Below are positions 27,412 to 32,000 of a stretch of 32,000 nucleotides of DNA, in pieces. The notes below the pieces were generated by a model. That model did no database searches and was not told where the DNA came from. It worked only from the letters and a program-made list of their open reading frames with translations. The stretch is taken from assembly GCF_000186885.1 (NCBI RefSeq), contig NC_014972.1:2100001-2132000 (forward strand). The letters run 5' to 3'. This stretch comes from Desulfobulbus propionicus DSM 2032. GTDB lineage: Bacteria; Desulfobacterota; Desulfobulbia; Desulfobulbales; Desulfobulbaceae. Within the stretch, counting starts at the first letter, position 1. The number at the start of each line of letters is the position of its first letter. Made by a program: the position numbers and the translations under genes.

Positions 27412-28686
27412 TTAAAATTCGTAGGTCAGGCGGGTGGTGAAGCCGTAGCCGTCCTCGTCGGTGCCGCCGTCGGCCACGGCATAATCCTCGTCGATATAGT
27501 ATTCGAGGCTCACGGTGGTGCCGTCGAAAATATGCATCGACGTGGCGGCCATATACCGGTGTTCCGGCAGTTCCAGGGCGAGCGCTTCCCAGGTTTTCTG
27601 GTAGCCGAGGGCAAACACGGTTTCCTTGTCGAGAATGGCGGTGGTGTAGGCCAACTCGCTGTTCCAGGCCGCCGGTTCGGCGCCGTTCGCGCCAAAGGCG
27701 ATTTCCGCGGCGTCAAAACTGTCCAGGGCAGTGATGTATTCGGTGATCAAGGAGAAGGCCCGGTATTTGCCGCCCAGATTGAGGCTCAAGCCCGGCACCT
27801 GATCGGTGACCGAAAAAACAGAAGCATCTTCGAGGAAATCGGTGATCGTGCTCGAATCCGCGATATTATTCACCCAGGCAACGCCGGCGTTGACCCCCCT
27901 GTCCTCCTGCTCGTAGCTGTAAGCCAGCGAGGCGCCGAAGCCGTTGATGCTGTCGTTGTCGTCGTCGGCCGGATCGCTGTTTTCATTCATGCCGTTGTAG
28001 CTGAACACGGTGGCCGTGATGCCGTTCTGCTCATAGCCGGCAATCACGCCCTTGGGATTGATTTCGCCAAGAGTTTGGGTCAACGGATCTTGGATCATGT
28101 TGGTCGAAAAATCGCCAAACGGCGCAAAGATTTTGCCGCCGGTGAGGAAGAAGGGAAACTCCTCGGTTTTGCCCAGGGTGATGTGGGCCTCGTCCAGATA
28201 GAACCGGTCCTCGTCATCACCGTCGTAATCGATCACGATTTTACCGGTGGCCCAGTCGGTCACCTTGACATCCATGATCAGTTCCACGGTGTCGAGGACA
28301 AACTCGCTGGAATGGTCCTTTTGAAAATCCTTGCCCAACTTGTAGTCGCCCTCGATCGATCCGCTCAGGCTGACAAACTCGTTGATGTTCGGCCCGCCGC
28401 TCTTCTCCTTGACCTGACGGGCGACCTCTGCTTCGATCATCGATTTATGCCGAACCTGCTCCTCCTCGGAGACGGCTCGATCGGCAGCGGGCTGGGCCTG
28501 GACGTTTTTTTCCATTTCTGAGATTCGCTGGCTGAGCTGCTGGTTCTGCTGCATCAACTGCTGGACCTGCTGCTTGAGTTGCTCGATTTCAGCCGCCGAT
28601 GAGGCGGCCTGGGCAGGCAGGACGTTGAGCAGGCACAGCATGCCCGCCGTGGCCACGGCAAGGGGCCGGTTCAGTGTTTTGATCAT
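27412..28686 (-). CDS. Outer-membrane porin with N-terminal coiled coil
   Basis: Signal peptide ...LLNVLPAQA. A Gln/Leu heptad segment follows (EIEQLKQQVQQLMQQNQQLSQRISEMEK). The beta-strand-rich body ends in TTRLTYEF (C-terminal aromatic OMP signature). Confidence 0.75.
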   Translation of the reverse strand: MIKTLNRPLAVATAGMLCLLNVLPAQAASSAAEIEQLKQQVQQLMQQNQQLSQRISEMEKNVQAQPAADRAVSEEEQVRHKSMIEAEVARQVKEKSGGPNINEFVSLSGSIEGDYKLGKDFQKDHSSEFVLDTVELIMDVKVTDWATGKIVIDYDGDDEDRFYLDEAHITLGKTEEFPFFLTGGKIFAPFGDFSTNMIQDPLTQTLGEINPKGVIAGYEQNGITATVFSYNGMNENSDPADDDNDSINGFGASLAYSYEQEDRGVNAGVAWVNNIADSSTITDFLEDASVFSVTDQVPGLSLNLGGKYRAFSLITEYITALDSFDAAEIAFGANGAEPAAWNSELAYTTAILDKETVFALGYQKTWEALALELPEHRYMAATSMHIFDGTTVSLEYYIDEDYAVADGGTDEDGYGFTTRLTYEF

Positions 28687-28786
28687 GGCTTGTTTCCTTG
28701 TGCAAAAGTGTTATGAATAAAAATTTTGTAACATACAAAAAATTGTTGAATAATACGGAACGGTTCCAAAGACAATGGAAAAATGC

Positions 28787-29008
28787 TCAGCCGATCCACT
28801 CATAAAACTCCAGGGTGGAAGGGTCGCATGTGCAGCACCCCTTGCAGGCAGTTGCGTGGTCATCGCTTCTGCGGACCTTGCCCTTGGTTATCCAGACGTT
28901 GAGCAATGGCCGAAGGGTTTCGACATCGACATTGAAATGGATGGCCGCGTCCCGCAGCGGTGTGATGTTGCGTTGGCGGAGATAATTCTTGAGTTGAATG
29001 AGATCCAT
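28787..29008 (-). CDS. feoC: FeoC-like small winged-helix protein
   Basis: 73 aa: MDLIQLKNYLRQRNITPLRDAAIHFNVDVETLRPLLNVWITKGKV, then a Cys cluster CKGCCTC. It starts 13 nt after the feoB stop with SD GGAGG. The track's start at 29068 overlaps feoB. Confidence 0.7.
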   Translation of the reverse strand: MDLIQLKNYLRQRNITPLRDAAIHFNVDVETLRPLLNVWITKGKVRRSDDHATACKGCCTCDPSTLEFYEWIG

Positions 29009-29021
29009 GAGCCTGCCTCCG

Positions 29022-31382
29022 TTACCGCCCGGCACCGAGGTTGGCGGAAGCTGGTATTTCGGCACCAACCATTTGCCGGTGCGCCCGTCGTGCCGTGCCC
29101 AGATACTTCAGCACCAGGACCACACCAGCAAAGGCTCCCAGATCGGTGCCGATGATCAGCAGGGAATACCCCGGATGGGCAGTGAAATTCACCGCCTGGT
29201 AAAAAAGGGTCGAGGCCAGATAGGCGAGAAAGGTGGTCCAGAATCCGGCAAAGGCGGTCCAGGCCAGGTGAGTTTCCCGATACACGGCGGCAATGGCCGC
29301 ACTGCAGGGAAAGTAAAGCAGAATGAACAGCAGGTAGCTAAAGGCCGCGCTCTGACTGCCGAACAGTGTGACCATGGAGCCGAAGGTGGCGACGCTGACC
29401 TCCTGTTCCTCGGCGGCGGTGGCGGCATCGCTGAGGTCGCCCACCGAAATGCCTAACGGATCGGTCAGGGTATCGACCACGCCGAGCAGGTTTTCCGGAA
29501 TGGTGGCAAAAGCACCGCCGATCCCTCCCCAGAAATCGAAGGCTTCATCAGACGCCTCCTCTCCTTTAACAGCTTGGCGGTCGATCCCTGCATACAGGGC
29601 ATCCAGGGTACCAACCACCGCCTCCTTGGCAAAAATGCCGGTGAAAATACCGACCATGGCCGGCCAGTTTTCCTCGCTCACGCCCAAGGGTTTGAGCGCC
29701 GGGGTAATCACCTTGCTCACCCTGGCCAGGGTCGATTGTTCGGTATCCTCGTTGCCGAAACTGCCGTCGGTGCCCAGGGAATTGAGGAAGGAAAGCACCA
29801 TGATCACTGGAATCAGGACCTTGCCCGCCTTGAAGAGAAAGGTGGTCAGACGATCATAGGCCCTGAGCAGTACCGAGCGGACCGTGGGCAGGTGGTAGGG
29901 CGGCATCTCCATGACAAAGGGCGTCACCTCACCCCTGAGCAGGGTGTTTTTGAGGACCAGACCGGTGAGCACCGCACAACCGATACCCACCAAATACAGG
30001 AGAAACACCAGGTTCTGGCCGCCTGCCGGGAAAAAGGCGGCGGCAAACAGAGCGTAGACCGGCAGCCGCGCCCCGCAGGACATGAAGGGATTCATCATCA
30101 CGGTCAGGGTGCGGTCCCGTTCGTTTTCCAAGGTCCGGGTGGCCATGATGGCCGGCACGTTGCAGCCAAACCCGACCAGCATGGGGACAAAGGCCTTGCC
30201 CGGCAACCCGATGAAGCGCATGAACCGGTCCATGACAAAGGCGGCCCGCGCCATGTAGCCCGAATCCTCGAGAAAGGAGAGGCAGAGGAACATGAAACCG
30301 ATCGGCGGGATGAAGGTGGCCATGGTCTGAACCCCACCGCCGACGCCCGTGGCCAGGATGGCGATCAGCCACTCCGGCGCGTGCCAATGGGTCAGCAACT
30401 CGGCAAAGCCGTCGACAAAGAGGGTTCCGGCCAGCTGATCGAAAAAGTCGATGAAAGCCCCGCCGAGATTGATGGTGAACATGAACATCAGGTACATGGC
30501 GCCCAGGAAGATCGGAATGCCGAACACGCGACTGAGCACCACCCGGTCGATCCGATCGGACAGGGTGGCGGTGAGTTGGCCGCCTTTTCTGACCAGATCC
30601 TGGACCAGCCAGGAAACAAAGCCGTAGCGGCCCGAAGCGATGACGATGTCGATTTCCTCATCCTCCTGCCGTTCTATGGCTCTTCGCGTCTCGGCGATCA
30701 TTTCCGTGAGCACCGCCCCCAGGGTCAGGTGTTCGACCGGTTGCTCATCCCCTTCCAGCAGTTTCAATGCCAGCCAATGCGGATCGATCTTTCTGACCGC
30801 GCACAGATCCTGAAGATTCGCGGCCAACCGTTCGCGGGCCTCCTGCACGGCAGCCGGATACACCACCTGGGCAGCCGGCTTGGTCCCATTGGCGACCGTT
30901 TCGAAGATAGCCGCCTTGAGCTGGTCGATGCCCGCATCCTTCGAGGCGGTTAACGGCACCACCGGACAGCCGAGCCGCTGGGCCAAGCCCTGGATATCGA
31001 TTTCCAGCTTGCGCTCCGCCACCATGTCCATCATGTTGAGGGCAATCAGCATCGGTACCCGCATATCCAGCAACTGGCAGGTCAGGTATAGATTGCGCTC
31101 GATATTGGAGGCATCAACGATATTGACGATCAGATCGGCCTCGCGGGAGAGAATGAAATTGCGCGTGACCTTCTCATCCAAGGAGGAAGCGGCAAGCGAA
31201 TAGATGCCCGGGGTGTCGATGACCTCCACCCGGCAGTGCCCGTACCGGTAGGAACCGGATTTGCGATCCACGGTCACCCCTGGCCAGTTGCCGACCCGCT
31301 GCTTGGCGCCGGTCAGACAGTTGAACAAGGTTGTTTTACCGCAATTGGGATTACCCACTACACCGATGACCATCTCGTTCAT
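29022..31382 (-). CDS. feoB: Ferrous iron transporter FeoB
   Basis: The N-terminal G-domain has GNPNCGKTTLFNCLTG, DTPG and NMMD. A polytopic membrane domain follows. I chose the ATG at 31382 (786 aa), which overlaps the feoA stop by 4 nt. The track's 31628 start reads through feoA in another frame. Confidence 0.95.
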   Translation of the reverse strand: MNEMVIGVVGNPNCGKTTLFNCLTGAKQRVGNWPGVTVDRKSGSYRYGHCRVEVIDTPGIYSLAASSLDEKVTRNFILSREADLIVNIVDASNIERNLYLTCQLLDMRVPMLIALNMMDMVAERKLEIDIQGLAQRLGCPVVPLTASKDAGIDQLKAAIFETVANGTKPAAQVVYPAAVQEARERLAANLQDLCAVRKIDPHWLALKLLEGDEQPVEHLTLGAVLTEMIAETRRAIERQEDEEIDIVIASGRYGFVSWLVQDLVRKGGQLTATLSDRIDRVVLSRVFGIPIFLGAMYLMFMFTINLGGAFIDFFDQLAGTLFVDGFAELLTHWHAPEWLIAILATGVGGGVQTMATFIPPIGFMFLCLSFLEDSGYMARAAFVMDRFMRFIGLPGKAFVPMLVGFGCNVPAIMATRTLENERDRTLTVMMNPFMSCGARLPVYALFAAAFFPAGGQNLVFLLYLVGIGCAVLTGLVLKNTLLRGEVTPFVMEMPPYHLPTVRSVLLRAYDRLTTFLFKAGKVLIPVIMVLSFLNSLGTDGSFGNEDTEQSTLARVSKVITPALKPLGVSEENWPAMVGIFTGIFAKEAVVGTLDALYAGIDRQAVKGEEASDEAFDFWGGIGGAFATIPENLLGVVDTLTDPLGISVGDLSDAATAAEEQEVSVATFGSMVTLFGSQSAAFSYLLFILLYFPCSAAIAAVYRETHLAWTAFAGFWTTFLAYLASTLFYQAVNFTAHPGYSLLIIGTDLGAFAGVVLVLKYLGTARRAHRQMVGAEIPASANLGAGR

Positions 31383-31618
31383 GGCGTGGCCCTCCTCACC
31401 CGCAGCGACCTCGCCTCGTCCTTGCGCAGACTGAGATTGAAATCCCGCACTCTGATCTCCATCGGGTCGCCCATGGGCGCCACCCGGGCAACAACAAATT
31501 CGATTCCCTTGATCAACCCCATGGCCAGGAGCTTCTGCCGATACGCCTGCGCGCCCTTGACAAAGCCAAGCACGGTCCCTTTCTCCCCCACGGAAATATC
31601 CGCCAATGTCTGTTCCAT
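31379..31618 (-). CDS. feoA: FeoA family protein
   Basis: 79 aa with an SH3-like FeoA pattern: GEKGTVLGF....YRQKLLAMGLIKGIEFVVARVAPMGDPMEIRV. It is translationally coupled to feoB (ATGA overlap). Confidence 0.85.
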   Translation of the reverse strand: MEQTLADISVGEKGTVLGFVKGAQAYRQKLLAMGLIKGIEFVVARVAPMGDPMEIRVRDFNLSLRKDEARSLRVRRATP

Positions 31619-31621
31619 CTG

Positions 31622-31894
31622 TTAACACCTGATTACGTTGATTTTATGGGCCATGCCGCCGCCTAGGGCATATCGCGTCCCCGACTTTTCAATCAGCACG
31701 GCGCCGCCATTTTGTTTTTGCACCACCATCAATTCATCGTTCAACTGGATGCCCATGCTCAGCAAACGCTCGCGCATCAGTGTTCCGCTGCGAAAAAACA
31801 CGATTCTCACCTTTTCCCCCTCGCTGGCAATGGCCAAAGGAAACGACGGGATTGGCGCGCCTCCGGCGTTGGCCAACAAGCATCCATTTCGCAT
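31622..31894 (-). CDS. feoA: FeoA family protein (second copy)
   Basis: 90 aa: GEKVRIVFF....RERLLSMGIQLNDELMVVQKQNGGAVLIE. SD AAGGAGGA lies 6 nt before the ATG. The stop lies 3 nt before the next feoA. Confidence 0.8.
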   Translation of the reverse strand: MRNGCLLANAGGAPIPSFPLAIASEGEKVRIVFFRSGTLMRERLLSMGIQLNDELMVVQKQNGGAVLIEKSGTRYALGGGMAHKINVIRC

Positions 31895-32000
31895 TGCTCA
31901 TCCTCCTTGACCGCTACCGCCCCCTCCGTCTCACAACGAACCCGCGTTCGAGCACGCGGGACGGACAGCAGTACGACTGTTCTTGAATATTTAGCCAAAA

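Noticed and set aside
28687-28786. The AT-rich feoC-porin spacer as a Fur box.
   Set aside because: Segments such as AATTTTTATTCATAAC align poorly to GATAATGATAATCATTATC by eye. I kept this only as something to scan with a proper PWM.
31941-31960. CCCGCG-TTCGAGCA-CGCGGG looks like a tRNA T-arm.
   Set aside because: The loop is 8 nt rather than 7. The flanking sequence cannot form acceptor, D or anticodon arms. It is more likely a plain hairpin upstream of feoA.

Overview
This is a high-GC chromosomal segment. Hand counts of single 60-nt lines give 31-40 G+C in typical genes. The gene content (sigma-54 activator, Feo, flagellar late genes, NorQ/NorD pair) resembles a flagellated deltaproteobacterium-type organism, but the taxon is inference only.

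Layout:
- 1-7.6 kb: a housekeeping block on the + strand. It holds the 3' end of a membrane protein, rplI, dnaB, leuS, an LptE-like lipoprotein and a tRNA-dihydrouridine synthase. A convergent secreted Sel1-repeat protein closes the block.
- 7.7-10.8 kb (-): a CbbQ/NorQ-type AAA+ ATPase plus a NorD/CbbO-type VWA protein.
- 10.9-13.2 kb (+): a PHP-domain phosphoesterase and a REC-AAA+-HTH sigma-54 activator.
- 13.3-15.2 kb: a small accessory patch. It holds a markedly AT-rich FkbM-family methyltransferase gene, a normal-GC class I SAM methyltransferase and a perfect 20-bp tandem duplication.
- 15.3-17.7 kb (-): folD, two tiny overlapping ORFs and outer-membrane phospholipase A.
- 17.9-24.6 kb (-): flagellar late genes in the order fliD | atypical OmpR-family regulator | flgE, flgN-like, flgK, flgL, separated by clear intrinsic terminators.
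- 25-32 kb (-): feoA-feoA-feoB-feoC, a coiled-coil porin, an HD-GYP phosphodiesterase and a second beta-barrel porin.

I found no rRNA or tRNA gene, CRISPR array, transposase, integrase or recognisable defence gene. I do not see a compelling brand-new multi-gene system.

The items most worth a second look are:
- the feo operon followed by a dedicated-looking porin and a terminator-gated HD-GYP gene;
- an OmpR-family regulator with a degenerate receiver embedded in the flagellar block;
- the orphan AAA+/VWA remodeller pair;
- the AT-rich methyltransferase islet;
- a CsrA-type site in the flgE leader.

All family calls come from motif recognition by eye. No searches or computations were run.
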